From: Lysobacteraceae bacterium
Lineage (GTDB): Bacteria; Pseudomonadota; Gammaproteobacteria; Xanthomonadales; Rhodanobacteraceae
Reading direction: 5' to 3'
Length of the DNA: 64,000 bases
Assembly (NCBI GenBank): GCA_021372495.1
Contig: JAJFUF010000037.1
Coordinates: 4,231 to 68,230, forward strand
Numbering within the stretch: the first letter of the stretch is position 1; each line of letters begins with the position of its first letter. A program made the translations under genes and the position numbers. Of the stretch, positions 49,700 through 60,882 are shown piece after piece. The notes under the pieces were generated by a model. It saw only the letters and a list, made by a program, of their open reading frames with translations, was not told the DNA's origin and did no database searches.

Positions 49700-50533
49700 C
49701 TACTTCTTGCCGACCTTGGCGAGAATCGCCGCCGCGTCGTCGTACAGGGCCTTGGCCGCATCGTCCGGCAGCGGGCCGGTCTTGCCGCCCTCGACGCGCT
49801 CCTTAAGCACCAGGTTGCCCTGTTCGTCCCAGCCGGCGCGGTCGATCGTGGAAGGCTTCTCGCCCTGGTGCGCCATCTTCTGCTGGATCACCACCCACGG
49901 CTTGCCGTCCTGATAGGCGATGTCGGTGCTGGTAGCGCCCTTGTCGAAGTAGTCGACCCGCTCGCGGATGAAGGCGACCTCGCCCTTCTCGCGGAACACC
50001 TGCCAGCCGCGCGAGGCGGACTCGCCCAGCGCGGTGCCTTGTTCGATCTTCATGCCGCCGATGCGGTTCTTGACCTGCTTGTAGCTGTCCATCAGCTTTT
50101 CGGCAGGGGTGGCCTCGGCCACCATCTTCACCGCGACCTGCGCCGGCGCGCCCTTGGTCAGCACCGGATACTGCAGCGGCGTGGTGTAGTGGCGCTCGCC
50201 GTCGACCATCTCCGCATGCAGCACGTAGAGGTCGGTCGCGACGATATCGGCGGGCTTGAAGTCGAGGCTGAACGACTGCGGCAACTGGCCAACCGGGTCG
50301 ACGGTCTTCGACGCCACCGTACGCACCGGCTGCTGGGAGACGTCGACCAGCGACAGGTCCAGGCGCGCCTGCGGCGACACCTTGGCATCCGCATCGCGCA
50401 GCGACACGGTGCCGGTCACGGCGGTGATGGCCGCCTGCCCGGCGCCACTCGCTGCCTGATCCGGCGACTGGGAACCGCTGCAGCCGGCGACGAACAGGGT
50501 CGCGGCCAGCAGCGGCATAGCAATGGTACGCAT
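49700..50533 (-). CDS. lipoprotein with YbaY-like N-terminal domain
   Basis: 277 aa from ATG 50533 with a GAGAGGA RBS and lipobox LFVAGCSG. Confidence 0.7.
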   Translation of the reverse strand: MRTIAMPLLAATLFVAGCSGSQSPDQAASGAGQAAITAVTGTVSLRDADAKVSPQARLDLSLVDVSQQPVRTVASKTVDPVGQLPQSFSLDFKPADIVATDLYVLHAEMVDGERHYTTPLQYPVLTKGAPAQVAVKMVAEATPAEKLMDSYKQVKNRIGGMKIEQGTALGESASRGWQVFREKGEVAFIRERVDYFDKGATSTDIAYQDGKPWVVIQQKMAHQGEKPSTIDRAGWDEQGNLVLKERVEGGKTGPLPDDAAKALYDDAAAILAKVGKK

Positions 50534-51073
50534 GGGGGATCCTCTCAAGATACGCATGACCACGGGAAACCGTGAGCCGCCTCGAACGCGCGCAAACGCC
50601 GCCGGGGCGACTACAAACGGGGAAGGGTAGCGGCAACCGGTCCCACGCGAAAGGCGAAGATGGTAACAGGCAAGCGTGCGACTTCACATAACGTGAAGGC
50701 GGCACGATTCGTGACCTACCGTCCGCGGGCGCCCCGGGCGCCTCGCCGGATCCGGGCAACGCCAAATGCCGGTGCGGCCAAGGACCCCCGACCGCCCTCG
50801 CTCGTTCCCGGTGCGGGACCGCCCGCGCGGGCCGCGCGTCGCGAACAAATGCGACCCGGTTAACAAAAACTTATGCGGGTTGCTGCTAGGCGCGAAGTCA
50901 CCTATCTTTGCGCCGTTGCGGCCGAACTCGCTCGGCCGCGACATGGGGATTGCGGGGCCGTGGTGACGTCCGGCCGCGCAGGGGGTACTTGCCGTTCCAA
51001 GTCGCACGGGACCACTGCGCCCGCAGGGTCGGGGCACGGCTTGTGCGTTCTTAAATATTTTGGGGGTTACAAC

Positions 51074-53902
51074 ATGGATCGAAAGCTTTTGACAACGGCG
51101 ATCTGCGCCGCGCTGGCACTGTCGGCGTGGGGTGGTATCGCACGTGCCCAGGGCACCACCGGCACCACCGATGCCGCAACCACTCAGGACCAGGGAACCA
51201 AGAAGGAAGCCAAGGAGCTTCAGAAGATCACGGTCACCGGCTCGCTGATCCCGCAGGCGCAGATCGAGACGGCATCGCCCGTCATCACGATCACGTCGAA
51301 GGATATGGAAGCACAAGGCTTCCGCAACGTCTATGACGCGCTGCGCACGCAGACGGTCGCTACCGGCTCCGTGCAGGATTCCCAGTCGGCCACGTTCGGC
51401 AGCTTCACACCGGGCGCCTCGACGATCAGCCTGTTCGGCCTCGACCCGGCATTCACCCTGATACTGATCAACGGCCATCCGGTGGCCAATTACCCGCTGC
51501 CCTACAACGGGTCGCAGGACTTCGTCGACCTGTCCACCATCCCGATGTCGATCGTGGATCACATCGACATCCTCTCGGGCGGCCAGTCGTCCCTGTACGG
51601 CTCATCGGCGGTGGCGGGCGTCGTCAACATCGTCCTGAAGCAGAAGGTCGACGGCACCTCCGTGAGCTTCCGCATGGGCGGATACCACAACGGCGGAGGC
51701 AGCAACGAGCGGCTGCAGTTCAGCGGTGGCCATAGCTGGGGCAACCTCAACGCCACCTACGCGCTCAGCGTCGAGAATCAGAACCCGATACGCGTCAACC
51801 AGAGCTTCCAGAAGTCGCGCCTCGACAACCCGTGGGGCCCGCCCTACGTCGGCGGCCGCGACTTCCTGTTCTTCGATCCGTTCGGCGGCACCTACTTCGA
51901 CCCCGGCAAGGACACCTGCTCGGGCCTGTCGAGCCTCTTCGGCGGCACGTTGCAGTACTTGAACCGCCCGGGCCGCGGCAATTTCTGCGGCAGCTACAAC
52001 GACGAAGGTTACGGCACGCTGCTGAACAAGAACCTTTACGCCAGCGGCTATCTCAACCTGACGTACCGCCTCAACGACAACGCCGAGCTGTACGGCGACA
52101 TCCTGTACGGCTTCTCCAAGCCCAAGTTCAACAGCGGCGCGCCGTACTGGAGCTTCTTCAACCCCAGCCTGAAGCAGTCCGCGAATCCCTACTCGGGCGT
52201 CTATTTCGACCCCAATTACGGATTCGTCAGCGTGCAGCGCTTCTTTGCGCCGGAGGAAATCGGTGGCGTGGACGCCAACGCCGGCACCATCTATACCCGC
52301 CAGTACAACGCGAATTTCGGCGTGCGCGGCAACTTCGGGGCTTCCGACTGGACCTACGACGCCTACTACAACCGCTCGCAGGTCAACACCGATGCGTCAC
52401 AGCGCTGGGCGTTGACCAAGCCCTTCAACGACTACTACCTCGGCACGCAGTTGGGCACGGATCCGTACGGCTACGGCTTCCCCGTGTACGACACCAACCT
52501 CGCCAACCTGTACAAGCCGCTCACGCCCCAGCAGTACGACAGCATGACCGACTTCATCAAGAGCCGGTCGCTGTCCTGGCAGCAGAACGTCCACCTGACC
52601 GTGACCAACACCGACCTGTTCGAAATGCCGGCCGGCTCGGTGGGCTTCGCGGGCATCGTGGAAGCCGGCAATCAGGCCTTCCATAGCCCGGTGGATCCCC
52701 GCCTGGTCGCGGGCGACTTCAACAACGTCACCGGCACGCAGGGCGCTGGTTCGCGCAAGCGTTACGCGGTGGGCGGCGAAATCCGCATCCCGGTGTTCGA
52801 CAAGCTGGCGGCGGACCTGTCCGCTCGTTACGACACGTATCGCTACAGCGGCCGCAACGACTCGAAGCCCACCTACAAACTGGGACTGGAATACCGGCCG
52901 GTCGACACGCTGCTGCTGCGCGCCAACTACGCCACCGCGTTCCGCGCCCCGGACATGTACTACGTCTTCCAGGGCGACAGCGGGTTCTACACCGGCGCGA
53001 CGGACTACTACTACTGCCGCCTGCTCGGCTACGACCAGAACAACCTGTCCAACTGCAGCCAGGCCGGAATCACCGCCTTCGCCTTCAACCGGGGCAACAA
53101 GGACCTCAAGGACATCACCGCCAAGACCTTCGGCTACGGCTTCGTCTGGTCGCCCACGAAGAACTTCGACCTGAAGGCGGACTACACGCACGTCGCCATC
53201 AGCAACGAGGTGACGACGCAGAGCATCAGCACGTTGCTGCAGAACGAGGCCAACTGCCGCCTCGGCACCTCGTTCGGCGGTCAGCCCTACGACATCAACT
53301 CCGCGCTTTGCCAGGACGCGATTTCAAGGGTGACGCGGTTCCCGTCCAATGACCCGTTCCTGCTTGCCCAGGACAAGCTGCAGTACATCACGGTCAACCC
53401 GATCAACATCGCCAGCGAGACGCTGTCCGGCATCCAGACCGGCGCCACCTACCGCGCCGAGCTTGGCAGGTACGGCGACCTGGCCCTTTCCGGCCAGTAC
53501 TACGTGGAGCTGAACCACCATTACCGGCAGAATCCGGCCGACCCGGCCATCGACCTGCTGCACAACTTCAATTCCTATGAATTCAAGACCCGCACCAGCG
53601 CCAGCGTGTCCTGGGAGAAAGGGAGTTGGACCAGCACGATCTTCGGCACCCTGTACGGCAAGTCGGTCAATTACGGGGGGACCGGCGCGTTCGGTCGCTG
53701 GGCGCAGTTCAACGGCAGCGTGAGATACAACGTTACCGACGACGCCTACATCGAACTGACCGTCAACAACATCGCAAACCGCCGGCCGCCGACGGACTGG
53801 TCCTACGCCGGCGGCAACTACTCCGCTCCGCCGTACTACAACGTCTTCTCGTATAACGGCTTCGGGCGCGCGTACTGGCTGGAATACGACATCAAATTCT
53901 GA
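51074..53902 (+). CDS. TonB-dependent receptor
   Basis: 942 aa from ATG 51074 with a signal peptide and a plug region (ITVTGS..., DRIDILSGGQSSLYGS-like block IDILSGGQSSLYGSSA). The C-terminal barrel ends in YDIKF. Confidence 0.9.
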   Translation: MDRKLLTTAICAALALSAWGGIARAQGTTGTTDAATTQDQGTKKEAKELQKITVTGSLIPQAQIETASPVITITSKDMEAQGFRNVYDALRTQTVATGSVQDSQSATFGSFTPGASTISLFGLDPAFTLILINGHPVANYPLPYNGSQDFVDLSTIPMSIVDHIDILSGGQSSLYGSSAVAGVVNIVLKQKVDGTSVSFRMGGYHNGGGSNERLQFSGGHSWGNLNATYALSVENQNPIRVNQSFQKSRLDNPWGPPYVGGRDFLFFDPFGGTYFDPGKDTCSGLSSLFGGTLQYLNRPGRGNFCGSYNDEGYGTLLNKNLYASGYLNLTYRLNDNAELYGDILYGFSKPKFNSGAPYWSFFNPSLKQSANPYSGVYFDPNYGFVSVQRFFAPEEIGGVDANAGTIYTRQYNANFGVRGNFGASDWTYDAYYNRSQVNTDASQRWALTKPFNDYYLGTQLGTDPYGYGFPVYDTNLANLYKPLTPQQYDSMTDFIKSRSLSWQQNVHLTVTNTDLFEMPAGSVGFAGIVEAGNQAFHSPVDPRLVAGDFNNVTGTQGAGSRKRYAVGGEIRIPVFDKLAADLSARYDTYRYSGRNDSKPTYKLGLEYRPVDTLLLRANYATAFRAPDMYYVFQGDSGFYTGATDYYYCRLLGYDQNNLSNCSQAGITAFAFNRGNKDLKDITAKTFGYGFVWSPTKNFDLKADYTHVAISNEVTTQSISTLLQNEANCRLGTSFGGQPYDINSALCQDAISRVTRFPSNDPFLLAQDKLQYITVNPINIASETLSGIQTGATYRAELGRYGDLALSGQYYVELNHHYRQNPADPAIDLLHNFNSYEFKTRTSASVSWEKGSWTSTIFGTLYGKSVNYGGTGAFGRWAQFNGSVRYNVTDDAYIELTVNNIANRRPPTDWSYAGGNYSAPPYYNVFSYNGFGRAYWLEYDIKF

Positions 53903-53933
53903 TCGTCGCGAGCGTCATCAGCCTCGTCATGCG

Positions 53934-53967
53934 AAAAGGGCCGGCGCAATGCCGGCCCTTCTTTTTT
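53934..53967. terminator. intrinsic terminator between convergent genes
   Basis: AAAAGGGCCGGC-GCAAT-GCCGGCCC followed by TTCTTTTTT, 32 nt after the receptor stop. Confidence 0.7.
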
Positions 53968-54002
53968 GCGACGCGCACGCTCCGCGTCTTCGCGCCGCTT
54001 GC

Positions 54003-55580
54003 TCACTCGCCGGAAGCCGCCAGCGCCTCGCTCAACCCGCGCAGTTGTGCCGAATAGCGCCGCCACGCGTCCTCGCCATGCGTGTGCACCGCTTCGCGCA
54101 CCTGCGCGTAACTCAATGTCGCGACGGCCTCGCTGTCGCTCCGCGGCTCGGCGCATCCGGGCTCCCAATCCAGACCGCAGAACGCCAGCACCTCGCGCAC
54201 CGTGGCGCCAGGATCGTTCACCAGGCGGCCGTAGGCGACGTCCAGCACCCGCCCCGGCATGACTTCGTGCCAGTGCTCCATGACCTGGCGGTAACCGCGG
54301 TAGTGCTGCGCCAGAGCGCCCAGCTCGTAGCTGTAGGCGTACGAATCGCCGAACAACGCCCGATAGTTGGAATAGCAGACGTCCATCGGTGCGCGCACCA
54401 TGTGCAGGATGCGGGCCTGCGGCAAGGCGCGTCGGATCAATCCGGCCAGCATCCAGTTCGGCGGCAGTTTGTCGATGAAGAACGGCCTGCCGCGCGCGCG
54501 CCACTGCGTCTGCGCCAGATACCGCCGGCCAAGCTCCGCATAATCCAGAAAAGGCAGCCGCTCCAGGAGAATTTCGTCGACCTGGTGCCGGGTGCCGTGA
54601 TCCGCGACCCAGCGCAACTGCCGCGCAAAGTCGCCGAGTTCCCCGGCGGGGCTCACCCGGGAGTGCCGACTCAGCATCCGTTCGAGCAGCGTCGTGCCCG
54701 AACGCGGCATGCCGATCACGAAGATCGGCTGCGGGCCGTCGTGGACCGTACCGTCCGCTTTCACGAAATCCGCGCCGCACACGCGGACGAGATCCCGCAG
54801 GATCCGCCGCTCGCCCGCCGAATCCTGCGGCAGACGCGCCGCCATCATCGCGTTGCCGCGCGCAAGCGCCTCCCATGCCTCGTCGCAGCGTCCCAGGTCG
54901 TCCAGCTCTTTGTAACACGCGAACTCGAGCCCCACGTGGTCGAGACCGCCCTTTTCGACGCATTCGATGCGCCGCGACAGCAGGCACAGGTGATTGCGCT
55001 GCGGCGTCTGCCGCCGCATCCGCGCCAGCTCGAGATAGGCCCGCCCCGGCGCCATTCCCGTGCCGACGCATCGATCGAGTTCGGCCTCGGCTTCCTGCAG
55101 ATACCCGTTGAAGCCCAACTGGGTCGCAAGATGGAAACCGAACTCCGGCCCTTCGACGCCCGCCTCGCGCGCGCGCGCGAGCAGCGCCAACGCCGCCCCG
55201 TGTTCGCCGATCGCCTGGCGCTGCCCGGCCAAGCGCACGAGGACGGGGCCCGGGACGGCGCCGGCAAGCGCCGGGTGATCGAGGCAGCGGCGCGCCTGCA
55301 CGATCTCGCCCACCTGCAGGAGGGCGGCGACGACATCGCAGATCGGCTCGGGATCGGCGGGCAGTCGCCGGGCCGCGTCCAACGCGTGGCTTGTCGCCGC
55401 ACGCAAGCGGTCTTGCTTGTAGGCAATCCCGCCCAGCGTCAAATGCGCCTGCACATGGTCGGGATTCTTCTGCAGGAAGGCCTCGAGGGCGATGCGCGCG
55501 GCCGTGACCTGGCCGTCGCGCAGGTAGCGTTGCGCCCGCGTCCAAAGGCGATCGTCGAGTGGCTTGTGCGCCTCGTGCAT
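54003..55580 (-). CDS. TPR-repeat sulfotransferase family protein
   Basis: 525-aa ORF. The N-terminal half is TPR-like. The C-terminal sulfotransferase domain has the PAPS-binding motif IGMPRSGTTLLERML. Confidence 0.85.
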   Translation of the reverse strand: MHEAHKPLDDRLWTRAQRYLRDGQVTAARIALEAFLQKNPDHVQAHLTLGGIAYKQDRLRAATSHALDAARRLPADPEPICDVVAALLQVGEIVQARRCLDHPALAGAVPGPVLVRLAGQRQAIGEHGAALALLARAREAGVEGPEFGFHLATQLGFNGYLQEAEAELDRCVGTGMAPGRAYLELARMRRQTPQRNHLCLLSRRIECVEKGGLDHVGLEFACYKELDDLGRCDEAWEALARGNAMMAARLPQDSAGERRILRDLVRVCGADFVKADGTVHDGPQPIFVIGMPRSGTTLLERMLSRHSRVSPAGELGDFARQLRWVADHGTRHQVDEILLERLPFLDYAELGRRYLAQTQWRARGRPFFIDKLPPNWMLAGLIRRALPQARILHMVRAPMDVCYSNYRALFGDSYAYSYELGALAQHYRGYRQVMEHWHEVMPGRVLDVAYGRLVNDPGATVREVLAFCGLDWEPGCAEPRSDSEAVATLSYAQVREAVHTHGEDAWRRYSAQLRGLSEALAASGE

Positions 55581-55654
55581 GCCCCGAGCCCAAACCTCGC
55601 CGGCAGCGACCCTCGCCGTATCCGCTTCGAGGCACGTCGAATGGCGTTGCCGAC

Positions 55655-55686
55655 AAAAAAGCCGACGGCGCCCCCGCGCCGCCGGC
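55655..55686 (-). terminator. rho-independent terminator about 165 nt downstream of glyS
   Basis: The minus strand reads GCCGGCGGCGC-GGGG-GCGCCGTCGGC followed by TTTTTT. The stem has one mismatch. Confidence 0.6.
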
Positions 55687-55851
55687 CGTACTCTCCCTCC
55701 CCGAAGGAACCCCGGACGCGTTTCGTCCCAGGCCCGGCCTTGCCGTGGGCGGCGGACCCCAGCGTCCGCGCCGCGATTTCAGGCATGACCGTCGCCGAAC
55801 GTAATAAAACCTTAACGCCGCGTCAATCCCGGGTGGATATGTGCGCGCCGG

Positions 55852-58056
55852 TCACAGCCGCGCGATGTCCGCGACGGCGTTGAACAGCGCGCGGATGTGC
55901 GCCAGCAGGGCGAGGCGGTTGGCGCGCAGCGCGAGGTCCTCGGCGACTACCATCACGTCATCGAAGAAGCGGTCGATCGGCGCCTGCAGCGCGGCCAGGC
56001 GCGCCAGCGCGGCGGCGTAGTCGCGGCGCTCGTGCACGATCGCCCGGGTGTCGCCGCGCGCGGCCTCGAGCGCCGACCACAGCGCCTGCTCGGCGGGTTC
56101 GCGCAGCAGCTCCGCCGCGACCGCGGGCGGCGCGGCGCCCGGCGTGTCCTGCAGCTCCTTGCGCAGAATGTTGGCCACGCGCTTGTTGGCGGCGGCCAGG
56201 CTCGCCGCTTCGGGCAGCCGGCCGAACTCGGCGACGGCGCGCAGGCGGCGATCGAAGTCGAGCAGGCTCGGCAGCGCGAACGGCGCGTCGTCGCGCGCGG
56301 CGACCGCCTCGAACTGCTCGGCGCTGAAACCCTGTTCGAGGTAGTAGCCGCGCAGGCGATCGCGCACGAAGGCGTAGATGTCCGCGGCCAGCGCCTGCCG
56401 GCGCGCGCCGACGTCCAGCGCCGGCGCCTTGCCGTCCTTGCCGGGTTTCAGGCCGGCGGCGAACGCGGCCTCCGGGATCAGGTCCAGCGCCTCGGCGAGC
56501 TGCGCGCGCAGGTCGAGCTCGAGGCCGCCCTCGATCAGCGTACGCGCCAGACCGAGCGCGGCGCGGCGCAGCGCGAACGGGTCCTTGTTGCCGGACGGCT
56601 TCAGGCCGACCGCGAAAATGCCGGCCAGCGTGTCGAGGCGCTCGGCTACCGCCAGCGCGCGACCGACCGCGCCGGAGGCAATGCCGTCGCCGGACTGGCG
56701 CGGCATGTAGAACTCGTCCAGCGCCTGCGCCACCTCGCCCGGCTCGCCGTGTGCGGTGGCGTAGTAGCGGCCCATCACGCCCTGCAGCTCGGGGAACTCG
56801 CCGACCATGCGCGTCAGCAGGTCGCACTTCGACAGCTCGGCGGCGCGCACCGCCTGCGCCGTGTCGAGCGCGACGCCGCGCTCGCGCAGGCGGTTGGCGA
56901 TGCCGCGCGCCAGCTCGGCCACGCGCATGCACTTGTCCCACACGCTGCCCAGCGCCTGCTGGTAGGTGACCGCCTGCAGCGCTTGCCGGTACCCGTCCAG
57001 CGGCGCCTTCAGGTCCTCGTCGAAGAAGAACTTCGCGTCGGCGAAGCGCGGGCGGATCACGCGCTCGTAGCCGCGGCGAATCTGCACCGGCTCCTTGCTG
57101 TCGATATTGGCGACGCCGATGAAGCGCTCGCTCAGCTTGCCGGCGGCGTCGAACAGCGGGACGAACTTCTGGTTCGTCTCCATCGTCATTACCAGCGCTT
57201 CCTGCGGCACGGCGAGGAACTCGCGCTCGAACGCGCAGCCGACCGCCACCGGCCATTCGGTGAGGTTGGCGATCTCCTCGACCAGCGCGTCCGACAGGCG
57301 CGGCGTGCCGTCCAGTTCGGCGGCGACGCGCGCGACCTCGGCACGCACGCGCTCGCGGCGCTCGAGCGGATCGGCCAGCACCTTCACGTCGCGCAGCGCC
57401 TGCAGCCAGGCGTCCGCATCGGTGATCCACAGCGGCCTGGGCGCGTGGAAACGGTGGCCGCGGCTCATGCGATCGGCCTTGAGGCCGAGCACCTCGCCTT
57501 CGACCACCCGGTCGCCGTGCAGCATCACCAGCCAGTGCGCCGGACGCACGAAGGCGAAGTCGTGCGCGCCCCAGCGCATCGGCTTGGGAATTGGCAGCGC
57601 CTTCAGCGCCTCGGCGACGATTTCCGGCAGCAGCGCCGCGGTCGGCTGGCCCGGCTTGACGCTGCGGTAGGCGAAGCGCTCGCCCTTGTCGGTCGCGATG
57701 CGCTCCAGCCGGTTCGCGTCGACGCCGTTCTTGGCCGCGAAGCCCTGCAGCGCCGGCGTGGGCTGGCCGTTCGCATCGAGCCCGACGTTCACCGTCGGGC
57801 CCAGCACCTCCACCTGCTGCGTGGGTTGCGCCGTCGCCACCCACGGCAGGTATGCCGCCAGGCGCCGCGGCGTGGAGTACGCGCGCGGCTCGCGGTCGCC
57901 GGCGCGCTGGCCGATGTCCACGCGGCGGCTTTCGAGGCCGCGCAGGATGCCGTCGGCAAACGCCCGCGCCAGCTCGTCGACGGCGTGGATCGGCAGTTCC
58001 TCGGTGCCGATCTCGATCAGCAGCGGCTTGCCGTCGGTGTCCTCGCGCTCAGCCAT
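55852..58056 (-). CDS. glyS: glycine--tRNA ligase beta subunit
   Basis: 734 aa from ATG 58056 with the typical N-terminus [11 protein letters not shown]. It overlaps the glyQ stop by 8 nt. Confidence 0.95.
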   Translation of the reverse strand: MAEREDTDGKPLLIEIGTEELPIHAVDELARAFADGILRGLESRRVDIGQRAGDREPRAYSTPRRLAAYLPWVATAQPTQQVEVLGPTVNVGLDANGQPTPALQGFAAKNGVDANRLERIATDKGERFAYRSVKPGQPTAALLPEIVAEALKALPIPKPMRWGAHDFAFVRPAHWLVMLHGDRVVEGEVLGLKADRMSRGHRFHAPRPLWITDADAWLQALRDVKVLADPLERRERVRAEVARVAAELDGTPRLSDALVEEIANLTEWPVAVGCAFEREFLAVPQEALVMTMETNQKFVPLFDAAGKLSERFIGVANIDSKEPVQIRRGYERVIRPRFADAKFFFDEDLKAPLDGYRQALQAVTYQQALGSVWDKCMRVAELARGIANRLRERGVALDTAQAVRAAELSKCDLLTRMVGEFPELQGVMGRYYATAHGEPGEVAQALDEFYMPRQSGDGIASGAVGRALAVAERLDTLAGIFAVGLKPSGNKDPFALRRAALGLARTLIEGGLELDLRAQLAEALDLIPEAAFAAGLKPGKDGKAPALDVGARRQALAADIYAFVRDRLRGYYLEQGFSAEQFEAVAARDDAPFALPSLLDFDRRLRAVAEFGRLPEAASLAAANKRVANILRKELQDTPGAAPPAVAAELLREPAEQALWSALEAARGDTRAIVHERRDYAAALARLAALQAPIDRFFDDVMVVAEDLALRANRLALLAHIRALFNAVADIARL

Positions 58057-58957
58057 GGACCGCCTCCTTGCGCTGCAGGCCGGGGAAGCCGAGCTTCGCG
58101 CGTTGCGCGTGGTACGCCTCGGCCACGCTGCGCGCCAGCGTGCGCACGCGCAGGATGTAGCGCTGGCGTTCGGTGACGCTGATCGCGCGGCGCGCATCCA
58201 GCAGGTTGAACGCGTGGCTGGCCTTGCACACCTGCTCGTAGGCGGGCAACGGCAGGCCGGCCTCGACCAGCTTCAGCGCCTCGCCTTCGCAGACGTCGAA
58301 CCAGCGCAGCAGCGCTTCCACGTTGGCGTGCTCGAAGTTGTAGGTGCTCTGCTCGACCTCGTTCTGGTGGAACACGTCGCCGTAGGTGACCACGCCGTGC
58401 GGCGCGTGCGTCCACACCAGGTCGAACACGTTGTCGACGTTCTGCAGGTACATGCACAGGCGCTCGAGGCCGTAGGTGATCTCGCCCGTCACCGGCCGGC
58501 ACTCCAGGCCGCCGGCCTGCTGGAAGTAGGTGAACTGCGTCACCTCCATGCCGTTCAGCCACACCTCCCAGCCGAGGCCCCAGGCGCCCAGCGTGGGCGA
58601 CTCCCAGTTGTCCTCGACGAAGCGCAGGTCGTGCACCAGCGGGTCGATGCCGAGCGCTTTCAGCGAGCCGAGGTAACGCTCCTGGACGTCGTCGGGGTTG
58701 GGCTTCATCACTACCTGATACTGGTAGTACTGCTGCAGACGGTTGGGGTTCTCGCCGTAGCGGCCGTCGGTCGGGCGCCGGCACGGCTGCACGTAGGCCG
58801 CGGCCCACGGTTCCGGGCCCAGCGCGCGCAGGAAGGTGGCCGGGTGGAAGGTGCCGGCGCCGACCTCGGTGTCGAACGGCTGGATCAGCACGCAGCCCTG
58901 CTCCGCCCAGTAGCGGTTCAGGGTCTGGATCAGCTCCTGGAAGGTCGGCGCGGACAT
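58049..58957 (-). CDS. glyQ: glycine--tRNA ligase alpha subunit
   Basis: 302 aa from ATG 58957. The GlyQ sequence is highly conserved ([36 protein letters not shown]). Confidence 0.95.
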   Translation of the reverse strand: MSAPTFQELIQTLNRYWAEQGCVLIQPFDTEVGAGTFHPATFLRALGPEPWAAAYVQPCRRPTDGRYGENPNRLQQYYQYQVVMKPNPDDVQERYLGSLKALGIDPLVHDLRFVEDNWESPTLGAWGLGWEVWLNGMEVTQFTYFQQAGGLECRPVTGEITYGLERLCMYLQNVDNVFDLVWTHAPHGVVTYGDVFHQNEVEQSTYNFEHANVEALLRWFDVCEGEALKLVEAGLPLPAYEQVCKASHAFNLLDARRAISVTERQRYILRVRTLARSVAEAYHAQRAKLGFPGLQRKEAVHG

Positions 58958-59023
58958 GGTTCGCAGTGGGCTCGAGGCGAAGCGCGCTAGTATACCGGCA
59001 GCCCGCAGGGGGAACGCCGCGCC

Positions 59024-60826
59024 ATGGCCGTACATCCGCATCCCGCCGCCAGCCATCCGCTCGGCCGCCGCGGCCGGCTCGAACTGGACGAGGTGCTGGC
59101 TGCGCTGATCGTCGACGGCCACCTCGATGCCGACGACGCCAAGCGCGTGCGCGTCGGCGCGCGCGCCGGCCGTTCGGCGGTCGAGCTGCACCCGCTGGTG
59201 GTGCTGGCCAACGCCAAGCTGCCCAACGCGCGCGATCCCGGCAAGCCGCTCAGCCTCGAAGTGCTGACGCAGTGGCTGGCCGACAGGGCCGAGCTGCCCT
59301 ACCTCAAGATCGACCCGATGAAGATCGACGTGGCCGCCGTCACCCAGGCGGTCAGCCACGCCTACGCGCAGCGCCATCGCATCCTGCCGGTGCAGGCCGG
59401 CGGCGGCGAGGTGGTGTTCGCCACCGCCGAGCCGTTCGAGCGGCGCTGGCTGGCGGACCTGAGCCAGATGCTGCGGCGGGAGATCAAGCTGGTCGTCGCC
59501 AACCCGCTCGACGTCAACCGCTACCTGCTGGAGTTCTACGGCGTGCAGCGGTCGATCCAGCTTGCCAAGGACGCCAAGGGCGACGATGCCGCCGCGGCGA
59601 TCCTCAACTTCGAGCAACTGATCGAGCTCGGCAAGACCGGCGAGCTCGGCGCCGACGACCGCCACGTCGTGCACATCGTCGACTGGCTGCTGCAGTACGC
59701 GTTCGAACAGCGCGCGTCCGACATCCACCTGGAACCGCGCCGCGAGGCCGGGCAGATGCGCTTCCGCATCGACGGCGTGATGCACAAGGTGTTCGAGCTG
59801 CCGCCGCCGGTGATGACCGCGGTGACCGCGCGCATCAAGATCCTCGGTCGCATGGACGTGGCCGAGAAGCGCCGCCCGCAGGACGGCCGCATCAAGACGC
59901 GTTCGGCCGGCGGCCGCGAGGTGGAATTGCGCCTCAGCACCATGCCCACCGCCTTCGGCGAGAAGGTGGTCATGCGCATCTTCGACCCGGACATCGTGGT
60001 CAAGCAGTTCGCCCAGCTCGGCTTCGCGCCGAACGAGGAAGCGCTGTGGCGGGCGATGGTCGAGCGGCCGCACGGCATCGTGCTGGTCACCGGCCCGACC
60101 GGCTCGGGCAAGACCACCACGCTGTATTCCACGCTGAAGCACTTGGCGCGGCCGGAGCTGAACGTGTGCACGGTCGAAGACCCGATCGAGATGGTCAGCC
60201 CCGAGTTCAACCAGATGCAGGTGCAGGCGTCGATCGACCTCGACTTCGCCACCGGCGTGCGCACCCTGCTGCGCCAGGATCCCGACATCATCATGGTCGG
60301 CGAGATCCGCGACCTCGAAACCGCGCAGATGGCGATGCAGGCCTCGCTGACCGGCCACCTGGTGCTGTCGACGCTGCACACCAACGACGCGCCCAGTGCG
60401 GTGACGCGCCTGCTCGACCTCGGCGTGCCGCACTACCTGATCCAGTCGACCCTGACCGGCGTGGTCGCGCAGCGCCTGGTGCGTACGCTCTGCCCGCACT
60501 GCAAGACCGAGGCGGATACCGACCTCGACGGCTGGCGCGTGCTGACCCACGGCTTCGACGTGCCGCCGCCGGCGCGCATGTTCGCGCCGGTCGGCTGCCT
60601 GGAGTGCCGCAACACCGGCTTCCTCGGCCGCACCGGTGTGTACGAGATGATGCCGCTGTCGCCGCGCCTGCGCGGCATGCTCGGCGCGCAGCTCGACCTC
60701 GGCGCATTCAGTACCGCCGCGCTGGCCGAGGGCATGCGTCCGCTGAAGGTGTCGGCGGCCGCGCAGGTCGCGCGCGGCGTCACCACCGTGGGCGAAGTGC
60801 TGGGCGTGTTGCCGCCAAGCGAGTGA
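59024..60826 (+). CDS. GspE/PilB-family secretion ATPase
   Basis: 600-aa ORF with Walker [11 protein letters not shown], Walker [13 protein letters not shown] and His box [12 protein letters not shown]. It also has the tetracysteine CPHC...CLEC. Confidence 0.9.
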   Translation: MAVHPHPAASHPLGRRGRLELDEVLAALIVDGHLDADDAKRVRVGARAGRSAVELHPLVVLANAKLPNARDPGKPLSLEVLTQWLADRAELPYLKIDPMKIDVAAVTQAVSHAYAQRHRILPVQAGGGEVVFATAEPFERRWLADLSQMLRREIKLVVANPLDVNRYLLEFYGVQRSIQLAKDAKGDDAAAAILNFEQLIELGKTGELGADDRHVVHIVDWLLQYAFEQRASDIHLEPRREAGQMRFRIDGVMHKVFELPPPVMTAVTARIKILGRMDVAEKRRPQDGRIKTRSAGGREVELRLSTMPTAFGEKVVMRIFDPDIVVKQFAQLGFAPNEEALWRAMVERPHGIVLVTGPTGSGKTTTLYSTLKHLARPELNVCTVEDPIEMVSPEFNQMQVQASIDLDFATGVRTLLRQDPDIIMVGEIRDLETAQMAMQASLTGHLVLSTLHTNDAPSAVTRLLDLGVPHYLIQSTLTGVVAQRLVRTLCPHCKTEADTDLDGWRVLTHGFDVPPPARMFAPVGCLECRNTGFLGRTGVYEMMPLSPRLRGMLGAQLDLGAFSTAALAEGMRPLKVSAAAQVARGVTTVGEVLGVLPPSE

Positions 60827-60882
60827 TGCGCGTTGGCGCCGGTTCACGCAAACGCCGCGAGGCGCCGTACCATGCGCGGACG

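Noticed and set aside
50900-51073. Possible cobalamin or other riboswitch in the leader of the TonB-dependent receptor.
   Set aside because: I could not find the conserved cores (GGGAA...GGUG..AAUCC, GCCACUG, or the B12 box AGYCMGGAGACCKGCC) or TPP/other cores on either strand. Only generic GC hairpins are present.
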